Assembly: GCA_965287045.1 (NCBI GenBank) | Contig: OZ336872.1 | Location: forward strand, 112,530,001-112,594,000 | Direction of reading: 5' to 3' | Length of the DNA: 64,000 nucleotides | DNA from: Carcharhinus amblyrhynchos | Lineage: Eukaryota | Shown here: positions 13,476 through 25,240 of the stretch, in pieces | How positions within the stretch are numbered: position 1 is the first letter of the stretch | How the letters are laid out: every line of letters begins with the position of its first letter | Made by a program: the position numbers and the translations under genes | Notes under the pieces: generated by a model | The model's database searches: none | Seen by the model: the letters and a program-made list of their open reading frames with translations, nothing else | What the model was told of the DNA's origin: nothing

Positions 13476-13770
13476 TTTAAGTATTTTTGTCACAAGTACG
13501 CTTACTTTAACACTGCAATGAAGTTACTGTGAAAATCCCCTAGTTGCCACACTCTGGCACCTGTTCGGGTACACTGAAGGAGAATTTAGCATGGCCACCT
13601 AACCAACACATTTTTCAGACTGTGGGAGGAAACCGAAGCACCCGGAGGAAACTCACACAGACACGGTGAGAACATGCAGACTCCACACAGACAGTGACCC
13701 AAGCTGGGAATCAAATCTGGGTCCCTGGCACTATGAGGTAGCAGTGCTAACCACTGTGCCACCATACCGC
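13476..13770 (-). mobile_element. HE1-like SINE, variant with the GTGAC-type tail
   Basis: Head GGTGGCACAGTGGTTAGCACTGCT, tail GGGGATTTTCACAGTAACTTCATTGCAGTGTTAA..TTGTGAC. Confidence 0.9.
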
Positions 13771-15328
13771 AGACAGATAGGGAGCAGACAGGGAGAAATT
13801 GGTCAAGAACTAGAGGACACTGGTTTAAAGTATACGGCAGCATGAGGGAAACCTTTTGTACACAGTGGATAATAAGGATCTGGAATGCATCATCTGAGTG
13901 TACGGAGGAGGCAGATACAATCCTAGCTTTTAAGATGGAATTGGATAAGCACCTGAATGGAAACAATTTGCCTGCTTACAGTAAAGGGTGAGGGTGTGTA
14001 ACTAGCTGAGTTGCTTTTGCAGAGAGCTGCCACAGATGCAAGAGGCTGAATATCCTTCTTCTATGCAGTTACCTATGTCCTCTTGTAGTTATTAGTGTGG
14101 TTAGTTTTGTGTTAATATAAATATATTTTGTAAAAATCGGTAAAACGTTTCAGGCTGAGAAAAGTTAAATTCGAAGTTTTATAGGTAATTTTCCTTTAAA
14201 GTTGTACATATTTACACATTGGACAATGTAAAATGGCTCTTTAAGAAAATATTGTTCATGTAAAGTACATGATAAACTTTATCCCTTTTAGCAATGATAT
14301 TGCATAATGATGATATGAATGGTTTGCTAAACAATTTATTCCCCATGAAGACAGTACTCTTTTAATCCTGTTTAATTCTATTGTAGGCAAAGCAAGACTG
14401 CTCACCTTCAATACTGGCCAACAAACCAGGCCAGAAGCAGGTACTTAGTGGGGGGGGGGGGCGGGAACTGCAAGCCCACTAAAACAGTTTTCCTTTTCGG
14501 CTTAATGAAAAGACAAACACAAAGTACTATTTGTCCAGAAATCGAAATGTCACTGTAAATATCTGGGACTCGTCGGAGCTGCACCTACTTTTCGAGGTCA
14601 CGTGAACCCACCTTACTCTTTCTCCTTGAAGCTTTAAGGCTGCCCCAAATACTTAATGTAAATCTGTCTTGCCCAGCTAAATCCCCGGCTATGCTGGCTT
14701 CCATTCCTCTGCTAGACAGGGTCACGGGGGTCAAAATCGATTTCACAGGCCACCTGGAGAGCCCAGGCCGTGAACTGACTCAGACAATTTTTGTCAGAGC
14801 TCTGGCGGCCTTACCTCCCAGGGCTAGCCCCGGCTCGGCCTGCCATCGCCACTCGTGGATATTAGGTGGCAAAGCTATCGCAGGAAGAGGCCAGAGTTGT
14901 TGACCCTGTCGCCTGACCCCTTCAAACTTCAGCACAATTTTTCTGGCAGTTACCGTGGTGACTGGGCACCCCAAGCTTATCCTAGTTACCACAATAAAAA
15001 AAACACACACAGGAGAAAAGATTTTTTTTGTTTTTGCAACCTACCGTGTGGTAATGATTCTGAGCAGCGCCAGCGTCATCCCAATACTGTCTCCAGCAGC
15101 TGCTTTCTCGGAAATCCAGTGCAGTAACCAAATGATTTGATGCTTACGCCCGACCTTTATTTTCGCTTCTATTAATAAACGTCACTGTAATAAAGTGAAG
15201 GCATCTCCTGTTAAAAGTTTCCCCAGTGCAGTGTGTGGAACCTGCCCCTTCCTACACCAGCTGACACACACCTGCTTATACCAACAGTCTTTACAATGAC
15301 AGGAGACATAGCAATGAGACAAAAGAAA

Positions 15329-15351
15329 AGTGTGTGTGTGTGTGTGTGTGT
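15329..15351. repeat. (GT)n microsatellite
   Basis: Directly visible GT run. Confidence 0.9.
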
Positions 15352-18300
15352 ATACAATCACACTCGTACATTTAAGAAGCAAAGTTTGAACAAAGTAAGT
15401 TTTATTCCGAAAAATAATCAAAGTGGTCAACACACTTTCTGGATTGTAAGTATCAGGGAGCTTTGTGCTACTTCTTAATTGGTTTGTTGTTACATTAAGT
15501 GCAGCAAAGTACTTTAAATTGTCAAGTTCAAAGGTGGTTTGGGGCCATAATAGAGTCCGGTCCGTTCCCTGGTGACCGAGATCTGAGACTGATGAGTTTT
15601 GCCTGCTGCCCTGCAAGCTTTGGACTGAATGATAATGGATCGGGCAGTTAAGAAATGACTGCAGGCACCTGATGGTTATCTGTCCCTCCCATAGACAATG
15701 CAGTCTTATAGTGGATATGATCCGCACATCTTAGCTGTTGCCAGTGAACTATCCATCACATAAATTCCGGATTTCACGTTAGCCTTTCGTCTCTCCATTG
15801 TTTTTCCACCTGATATTCCCATTCTTTTCCGTGTGTGTATTTTAAGCACGTTTCAAGTCCTCGAAAACACCTTGCCAATCCTGGTAATTTAACGAGACAC
15901 ATTCAGACTAAAAGTCAAATTGCTTTTTCAAACATAAAATTATATTTCACTAACTTCCTTCCTTGTCGGTGATTGGAACGACTCAGGTAAATGCTAAAAT
16001 TGTGTTTGTTATTCACGTGGTACTTCTAGCAGTGTAAAAAATCGCTTGTATTGGTGACACAGTGGTTCACAGTGCCCGCACAGACATGATCATTGAAACA
16101 AAGACATTCGAAAGAAAACCAGGAGAGGTGAAGAGAAGTGGACTGTTAGCTTTAAGTAAATTAAAAGAAGGAATAAGCTTCTGAGGTTGGGAAATGGTTG
16201 GGAAAATAAAACAGGGAAAGTTAAAAAAAAGGCAGGACAAATGTAAGACTTTAAGGTAATAAGACTGGAAGTACAACGGTTTATGCAAAGACTTGTATCG
16301 ATCTGGATGAAGAATGCTGTAGGGTGGTATTACTTGAACTGAGAGCAGATTAATGGTGCCACATATTAATGCTTTTCGCTTTATGATGGCTATCACAATG
16401 GTCTGCTTCAGGATTTGGCCACTCGGAAGTAGGACACTGTATAATTAAGCCTTTGGCGCAAAACTACTCCGAAATACAAAGAGCTGAGCTAATCTAAAAG
16501 CTCAAGTGCCCGTAAGTAAAACTTCTGGAAAAGTTATTGAAAGTGACAAATGCACGGTGACAAATAATCAATATAAGAACATTTCAGTGTTCTCTTTGTT
16601 TGTACGCATTACTGCCAAATGATGGAGCGACCTTTGAAAGATTAACAGAACTATTACAGAAAATTTCAACCAGCGCATTTTCTTAACAGAGTTCAAGTGG
16701 GGAAGATTTCTACCTTAAGCTGTCTTGCACCAGCAGGGTTAGATGGTGAAGCGTGGACTAGAAGGGCAACCAGCTGATATATCGGTTAGGCAAATCTGAT
16801 ACACCGTCCCTTGACAAATTTGCTCGTTTCTAATCTCAAATTGTGTCTGAAAGGTGATGTCTTGTGTGATATCTATAATTCTTCGCGTACAGCACCGTAA
16901 ATGACCCAGACTGGCATATAATCGATGGGAGAGCCTCAGCTGTCACAGATCTTCAGCCCGCCTTTTCCTAAAATGATAACGTGAGTTGTCATTTGAAGAA
17001 GTTTGGGGTTTCAGCGTTTGGGATAATTTGGTGTGTGAACTTCAAATGACAATGCGTATAAAATTGCCTGTGTTCTCTAATACAAATGTGTCTTGAGAAG
17101 TATTGCTTTTGTCAGTCTAATTTGAAACTTGTTTCTAACCTTCCCCAAATGGAAAATAAACACATTCTAATTCATTTCAGGAACATGGAATGTAAACGAA
17201 ATGAGCAGAACGTACGATCAGTTTTCCCCCCAAGTAAACGTAATGCGATCTTGTCTTTAAAGTGTTCTGGTTACTGTGTTATACATAACAAATTCGAACT
17301 TAAAAACAAACGTTGCACTTGCTTAAAATACCCTATTCATGACATGGGGAATGTCTCCTTTTGATCAATTGGTGTTTTAAGTGAATATCTACCCTTTATA
17401 AGTAACAATGGAACACTTGAGTAAAACATTGAGGATTAGATACTTTAAAGAATTCAAGTTTCAGTCTCTGGGATTGAGATAGACACTGCCAAACATTTTA
17501 CATCCTGTAGTAACACAGAAAATACCTTTTGTAATCCTATAAAAGAGTTGAATTCAAACACGTTTAAGAATCAAACCTACACTTCACTTAACATTTTACC
17601 AGTAATTTCAACTGCTGTAACATGGGACAACTTGGTAACTAGCAAAACCTAGGCGAGCCAGCAACTGTTTTAGCAGAGAAAAAAATTCTCATAAACAGAA
17701 ATTTACTTTTTTCTGAATAAGTCAGTGTGAAAATATAGTTTGGGTCATCTTTGAAATGCTCAGACAGGTGGGACTGACCGGAGCATCGAAAACGAGCACC
17801 GTCTGTGGAACATTAAATAAGACAATATTTTTTACACTGTTATCGTTAAAGTAACGGTTTCAAAAAAAAAGTTGAACGCAGCTTTGATTCCAGTGAGTTT
17901 CCAATACTCGGGAAGGTTCGGAAAAAGACTTTGGGGAGTTCTCTGCAATTTATTTTTGGATCCAGGCTGCACAATTAGGCATCAGTCTTAATAACTGCTT
18001 AAAAGGCAATGCTTTCTTTCTGTGTGTTTTAATGAAATGGTAATGCGTGAATTTTAGTCCAGGGGACTGAAATCTCATCCACTGACTGGTCCCCATTAGT
18101 CAGAGAGCTGTCATTTCAGTAGAAGCACAATGACGAACCCCACAGTGATAGCGCTCTGATCTCCATGATGGTTACGATAACCGCTTGATTAAAATGGCTT
18201 GGTTGTTCTGCCGTTACTTGATAAGCGTGTGAACCCGCGTTATTTACAATAACGTGCAATGTCTGAATCGCAGCGATTGCATGTGCTTCTGCAGGGCGGT

Positions 18301-21300
18301 CTCCTTGCAACAGATTTCGGCCATCAGCTTCCTAGTCGTGCTCAGAGCGGAAAGACCAGCTTCAAGTTGTGCTGCAGCAGCTGCCTGTAAAAATTAATGA
18401 GAAATTTGATGATGTTGCCCAGTTCGATGGGCTTGCTCAACACTAGTGATGCTACTTAATCCAGTTTGCTAGTGTGCAGGAGGGAGACCAAGAGTAGTGA
18501 GTTCTGGCAAAGTACATTTAAGGCAATTATACCAACACAGTACTCCACTATTACACGTTGGACAAACACCAGTCTGTAGACTGGAAAATTATCACGGAGA
18601 TTAATTACGACACACAAACAGGAGCAGGACATTATTTAACCCATACTAGTTTCCTTCAGTAAACAATGTGCACTACATTGTGCAGTAAGCCAATATATTC
18701 AATGTATTGGTTGAAACTCACCAAGAAACAGAGAATATTTTTAGTTAGACTTAAGGGCCATAATGTTGACAATGTCAGCTACCTGGGCAAAATGTTCCGG
18801 AACAGATTTGTGGGATATTATGTATATATGTATATAATTTCAGGTATTGGTTATTTCCAGAATATCTCCTATATGGTTCATCCTTAACATTAAATAAAAT
18901 GTGTCCAAATGGAAACCTAACCTAAGATCCATTGGCCTTCGGGGTTGGGGGTCTTTCAAAATAAATTGGTAGGCAAACTTTTCAGCTTAGCAAGAAATAT
19001 GCAGGGGGAACAAACATGTCCTATGTAATAAGTCAAATTCAGAACACATCATTGTTATTTGCATGTAATATATTGGGGTATTGAAGCTAAATTACCAGGT
19101 AGTGGTGTTGCTACAGATAATTCGGTGAAACGCACGAGTTTACAATTATGCTGTACTTTGATGACAGGGTTCCAAAGCAACCTCTAGGATAAACAGAAGA
19201 TAAAGTCCCAGTGCATTCCGGTGCTGTCTGCGATAGAGAAGGCAGAAAAAGAATATGATTCAGTGCTTGTATAGGGACCACACGGAAGCATTAATCAGGT
19301 CGTGAAAAACTAAAGGGGACTATAGATTCAACATAATCGAGTTTCAACTTCTGGCAGCAGTTAAAGAATAGGTGGACAGCTGGATAACAGAAATTACTGT
19401 TTAAGTGAAGTCATGCGAATAATTGAGTAAATTTAACATTAAGATTCAAGCCATGGTGATTAATAAGAAATGGATTTACCTTCTCATATCGAAATACGCG
19501 TAGATTGTACAGCAGTTCAGATAATGATCAAAAACAAATCAAATGTATGGACCCAAGTGATACTTATGTATGTTTAATTTTCATGTAGTTAAAAAAATGT
19601 TTCGAATCTGACAGAGGTTTGCAGCAAAAAAGTGCAAATTCAATAACCACGCTGCAATACAATTAATTAACAATTAATTAACAATTTTGATGGAGAGACA
19701 GGTACTCCATGCACAACAGACTTAAGTTTCCCTGTTAATATTTCTGACTACACAGTACACGTGAAGTAATATCACAGTTTGAGAACCTTCCCTTATCACT
19801 GCCTGGCACTAAGGAATGTTTGCTAAGTGTTTCTGAATTCTCCTGGTTAGTGTGTATTTTAACGTCCAAGTTAATAATGCCAAAGAAAGAATTCTATCGA
19901 TCAGGTGGAATTTAAATAACGTTTTGCTGACTGACTATGTGTACATGAGTTTTCTTCATTGCCATAAGTTGTTGTCCTGGCTCTAACGGTATTCGGGAAT
20001 CACTAAAATTCATCAGATCGTCGCAACTTTTGAAAAGTGGCGCATTTCTTTTCTTAAAACCAACTGTTGAATTCTTAAGGGAAATCACAGCTTGTTACAC
20101 AAGATCCGTCCTTTTCATTGGTTGGTTACAACAGTTATCAGAAATTGCATCTTAATTTGAGAATGTATCAGTTTTAAATCGTGCGGCATTTATGCACATT
20201 TGTAACGGGGGGGGGAATGGTGGGAGGTGGGGGGGCGGAGATCGATCTGGTCTTCCTAACAGTAGCAGATCAACAAGTGGGAAACTGAAAAAGCAACACG
20301 AAATACCATCTGTTTCGAAGCTGATGAATATAGGATCTGACTGCCCTCTTCCCCTATTAAGCTGCCAAGGAGTCTTTCTAACTTTTGCACAAAGACATGA
20401 ACTATGCATTTTCGGCGTGTACATCGTTTTCATTTCTTTCATGGCTTTATCTGGGCTACTGGGGGTTGTAAACAAGACCACGCGATCGGGGTTGAGTTTG
20501 ACTCCGTTTTCCAATTCACTGAAGGCTCAGGCTGCGCGCAGCGGATAAATAGACCCATTGTGGGGCCAATACATAAACCATCTCAACTTTTGTCAAGCTT
20601 TTATGCGAAAAGCACACAAGACCTCAATCGCTTTTCAATGCAAAAAAAGAGACACCGAACCGTTGAGATGACATTACTCGCAAACAGACGCAAAATGCGA
20701 ATCTCCTACGACGTGTAGCTTCAGCAAGCAAGGGAACAGATTTCGGTCTATTTTTTGTGTGTGTGCGAAGATGAAGGGTAAAATAGTGACAAGCCTTTCC
20801 TTTGGGTGTATTCATTTAGTATCTTGAATGATCACCCAGTCTGCCCCACTGCCTGTGTAATTTATGGCTACTTCACTCACTTTCCCGTTTCAAGTCATAC
20901 TCAGAGACGGGGGGGGGGGGAAGAGGAGGGGGGTTCACTAATTTACGACGCGTTACTTTTTAAAAAAAGTAACACAATGATTTGAAAATCGGAACGGTCG
21001 TCAACTTCTGAACTTTGTATGCCATTTACTTTCCGCGGAATATACTATTGTTTAACGGTTAACACGCAAGTATCAGGGAAAGATTCCAATGTTTCCTTTG
21101 TTTTAGGTCGTTTTAAATAAAAAATGTTTTTTTCCCCTGCAATTCTTGACAAATTTAGGGGAGATTTACTATTTTGGAAAGCGGAACGAGGCAGATGGTA
21201 ACGGCGTCATTAACAAACAAACTTTGGATGTGTAAGTCAAGCTTGAAATTGGGAGGGATCTGGAGAACAATGGGGGCCGGTGTTGTAGAATCTCCTCTTT

Positions 21301-24164
21301 CTCTGCACGCAAGCTAATATGGAATTCTGTGTGGCTGTCTGCTCCCAGTATCACGGATTGGGGTTTTTTTGCGTCTGGTTGGGACAGAGATATTGGGACA
21401 ATTTGTGGGGCAGTAAAGTTTTCAGACGCACGTTTTAAACGCCGCAACTGATAATATCAAACTATTGCTGCTTCTTCTTCGGGTTGGATGTGTGGTCTCA
21501 CAACAATCTTTATCTGCTCCCCAATTTCTTTGGATATGCAAATCTGAGCTCGTTGCAACTCGCAGCGCGTCGGCTGCTCTGAAGCGAAATGGGATTGTAT
21601 CGCATTAAATAGGGGCGAACTTTAAAAAAAAGTCCTAAAACAAATTTCCAAGAGCTTCCACTTCGACCCCGTTTAAACGAATCCCACTGAATACAGATCA
21701 TGACTACTATCTGGTACTAGAATACGCCGACATATTATTTGGCAATTATTCCAAAATGTATACAGTTTCGCATCACAGCTTACTTTGAAACAGATAGGTA
21801 ATTGCATTTTGTAAAGTTAGAACATATGATTTGTGACAGTTCGGAACTAAAGCTCATAGATCAGCAGAAATGGACCCTTTCACCGATTCAGCTGTTCCTA
21901 GTAAAGTCACGTGTGGAGTTAAATACACTACTAGTAGTCGATTTGATTAAGGTTTCCAGAACCGATTCATTAAAACGGTTTAAGAATTCCTTGGCAAAAT
22001 TCGGGTAGCTTTTTGTAAAAAAATGTGCAACAGCAGGAACATCAACATGGTATTGACAGCTTAACAAAGGGTTAAGGATGATACCATCCTTTTGTAAGCC
22101 TTTGAAAGAGTGGGGGGACAATTAGAGTGAGCAAGGCGTACTCTTAGCTCGAACAGTGTTTCTCCTCATTTGTTATTGCTATTAATTTCAAGTTGCTCCG
22201 TCAGAAAAGTTGTCAGTGGATTTGTAACTGGAAGAATTTGTAATTTGGAACAATGTCCAATTGCGAAGTGGCAAAGAAATATGCAAACGTCACAGACATG
22301 CATATTAATCAGTAGCACAACACGAAAGAAATGTCTCCAATATTTATGGCACAACACATATTTCAATAGTTTAGTAACGGCGCAGTTATGAAGAAGTGTC
22401 AAGGCTGATGGCACAAATAATATCTTAACTAGTACAGAAAACAAAGGCTGCAGGTATTGGTCTCATGTTTGCTAAATGGTCAGCACCGTGCAACCTGATC
22501 CCGAGTGAAAGCTGACATCCTCATACACTCGCAGCGCAGGGTTGCCCTACCTCCAGCAGACCTCCAGAGCTGAAAAGAACGCGCCCTGGAGGCATGCTTG
22601 AAAAAAATACTAGTCTGGCATTTGGTCACAGGCAGTTTTATAGGATTTTTAAAGATCCTCGATCAAACAGGCTGAGAGTGATCGGCATTAATATCCGGAT
22701 GGCAGACTGAGAAGGTGCACCTGGGCGGGGGGTATCTGCCCCGTTCACCTGCTGAATGGGTATAAGGATGACCGAGACAAACACTGAGCAGTAGAGTTAG
22801 GATCACACTATTAATTGCCCGGGACATTCCTGCTTCCACTGGGACCCAATGTCACAACACACTCTCGTTTGCTCCTCTGAGCAAATTTTCTCCATGCGTT
22901 TCAACAATCCGTTAACATTAAAACGGGCATTGTCTGGATATTATCTTACCCTCCCCCACGCCCTGCTGAATGGCAAATTGTGTTCTGATCTTAAAATCAC
23001 ACTGGATGTTTACTGGGAACAGTTCTACTTTGGCAAAGCCGTGGTCCTCCTGTTAACACGTTTATAGCGAGACTGACACTGGGCTATCTCCGCCTTATTG
23101 GACCTGAGTCCGCTGTGCGACGGTGAATCTGTTCTCCCTGCCCACTGTTGAAAACACCGTTTGCCCATTTCATAATCACTTAGCAGCAGTCCAGTGCACA
23201 CTTAATTTACCCATTCCATCGTACTCTACCGGTTAATTCCTCTCGATGCAGTTAAACCAATGGTCTTGGTTTAGTTCTGGGGTGCGCGGGTGACCAATTC
23301 GCAAAGAAACTGTGTGACTTAAGGTTCCACGCAGAGTGGGATTGAAGGCTAATGCCCACACTCAAATCTTCGACTGGTACTCGCAATAGTTACAGTGGAG
23401 AGAGATGCGTGTTGTAAATATGTTAAAATCATTGGATACATTCGAAATAAAACCACGATGTTCTCCCTTCTGTTTCAATATGGGCCTCCGTTGCAATGGA
23501 TTTAGAAGTTTTCAACAATTTATAGGAAGTAACAATGAAATAATTGTACAGACTCTATGTATTATTTCCTGATGGCTGAAAAGCTGCCATCACACCGGAA
23601 ATCTGATTTCCCGCGCAGCAGCCCTGATGCTTGGAAAAGATAGGAAAATATCTGAGACACCAGATACTCATTACTTATTCATACTATTCAGAATTCATTA
23701 TAATAAAATCTGGGACTCAGAGTGACATTTTTAGCTAAAATGAGCTGATATCCTTCCTCGGGACCCACACTACCGCCCCCCCCCCCCCCCCCCCACACCA
23801 CCCCCTCCCCAACTCCCATCCCAAACTTAAATTCTAAAAACAGCTTGGAAAAGAAAGAGGAAGTGTCACTCTCAGCCAATTCCCCAATAATCCAGTGCAC
23901 AGCGCCGGGGGTGGAGGAGTCACATGTGCTAACTCTCGTTTTCACACTTACCAGACATCACCTAATATCTTTTCTCCGTGCTTTCAATACAGTGAGTTCG
24001 GATTTGAGCCTACGCTTTGCTATAACTTATCTTGTGTGTGAATTTCAGAAGACACCATCTTAAACCATATCCAATACTTAAAAAACCTCGGGACATTTAA
24101 ACGTTTGCTCTATTTCACCACAGGTTTCCCACATTTACTACTTGACATAAACAACAAGAAAAAG

Positions 24165-24320
24165 ACACAGCCGCTGATACTGACACTGCGAAAACAACAC
24201 GACAAATGCTAGAATCATAACGAAGGATCTACAACCCGAAACATTAGATGTTGTGTTCTCTCGACAGGTGCTGCCTAACCTGCTCAGCGTTTCTTAGTGT
24301 TTGCTGGTTTTGGTTTTGAA
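24165..24320. mobile_element. Decayed fold-back repeat (same family as 57325-57652 and 60465-60600), possibly Penelope-related
   Basis: CCCGAAACATT..TCTCTCGACAGGTGCTGCCTAACCTGCTCAG..TTTGGTTTT matches the reverse complement of the 60465 copy. Confidence 0.5.
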
Positions 24321-25054
24321 AAATTCCGTTCTTATTAAACACATCTTGGTGAGAATCGTATCTCCAGGTCTCTGCCACAGAGGTTCATTCCTTGATACAG
24401 TCACAACCACACAAAGCCCAAACATGCTAGTAATTCATATTCACTTTCACACAAAGGCACTAAGGTTGGGGACTGAAAGGCGGGGGGGGGGGGAGGACGG
24501 GGGATAGGAGGGTAACTGAAAAAAAATACAGTATCATAGGGTGTATGCCAACACCAGGGATCTTGTGCAGGTGCCTGAAGAACAGTTCATTGCACAGTGC
24601 GCACACACAGTAGCGTTCAGATTACTGTTACAGATGCCAGTTGGAGTTTCTAAGAGCTGCCAAGTCCAGATGGCCGTTGTTTAGCGCACTCTCGAATGAA
24701 ACTTCGGAGGCAGCAAGGTCCAAAAGATCATTGGGCCTGTTCCAAACCATTTGCCAGTCGTCAGGCCACTGAGACTGACCTATCAATAATCACTTAGCAG
24801 TAACTTAGTCTATCACTTAGTCGGTGTAGTACAATCGTAGCACTGTGCCATCTACAACAACTACTTAATGACTTCCAGGATTCGCTTTCCATCATTAGTC
24901 AGTATTTACATTAAATACAAACGATAAGTTAACATTTCGAATTGCGAAAGTAATGCTCAAGGCAGAATAAAATATTTGATCTGATTATAAGTATTTCCGA
25001 TTTTTAACAATGTATTTACTGTAATCTTTCCAAGACAACTCCCTTAAGGGTTCC

Positions 25055-25240
25055 GGATTGTGAAAAGATGGTGGGAATCTATTCAGTACTAACTTTCAAA
25101 AGGGATATGGGTATATATTTGAAGAGCTAAAATGATACAGGTTTATGACGAAAGGGCGGGTCATTTGATTGGAAAGCTCTTTCAAGTTGGTACAGGCACG
25201 ATGGACCGAATGGCCTCTTTCATTGTTATGGTTCTGTGAC
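25055..25240 (+). mobile_element. Short old CR1 3' end
   Basis: AACTTTCAAAAGGGA..GCTCTTTCAA..GGCACGATGGACCGAATGGCCTC CR1 3'UTR signature. Confidence 0.7.

Larger units (their letters stand above)
12850..14070 (+). mobile_element. Decayed CR1 3' fragment split by two SINE insertions
   Basis: DLGIY..AYGILGF..RPQLE.CVQ.W-like coding at 12850-13130. It resumes at ~13775 with RTRGH..FTQ..WNA-like coding and a CR1 tail. Confidence 0.8.

Noticed and set aside
15182-15727. 181-aa minus-strand ORF
   Set aside because: Non-ATG start, THTHTH derived from the GT microsatellite, no protein-like motif.
23310-23520. Possible ancient Deu-type SINE relic (similar faint signals at ~12195-12540 and ~53690-53830)
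   Set aside because: Similarity is too weak to judge by eye; needs an HMM search.
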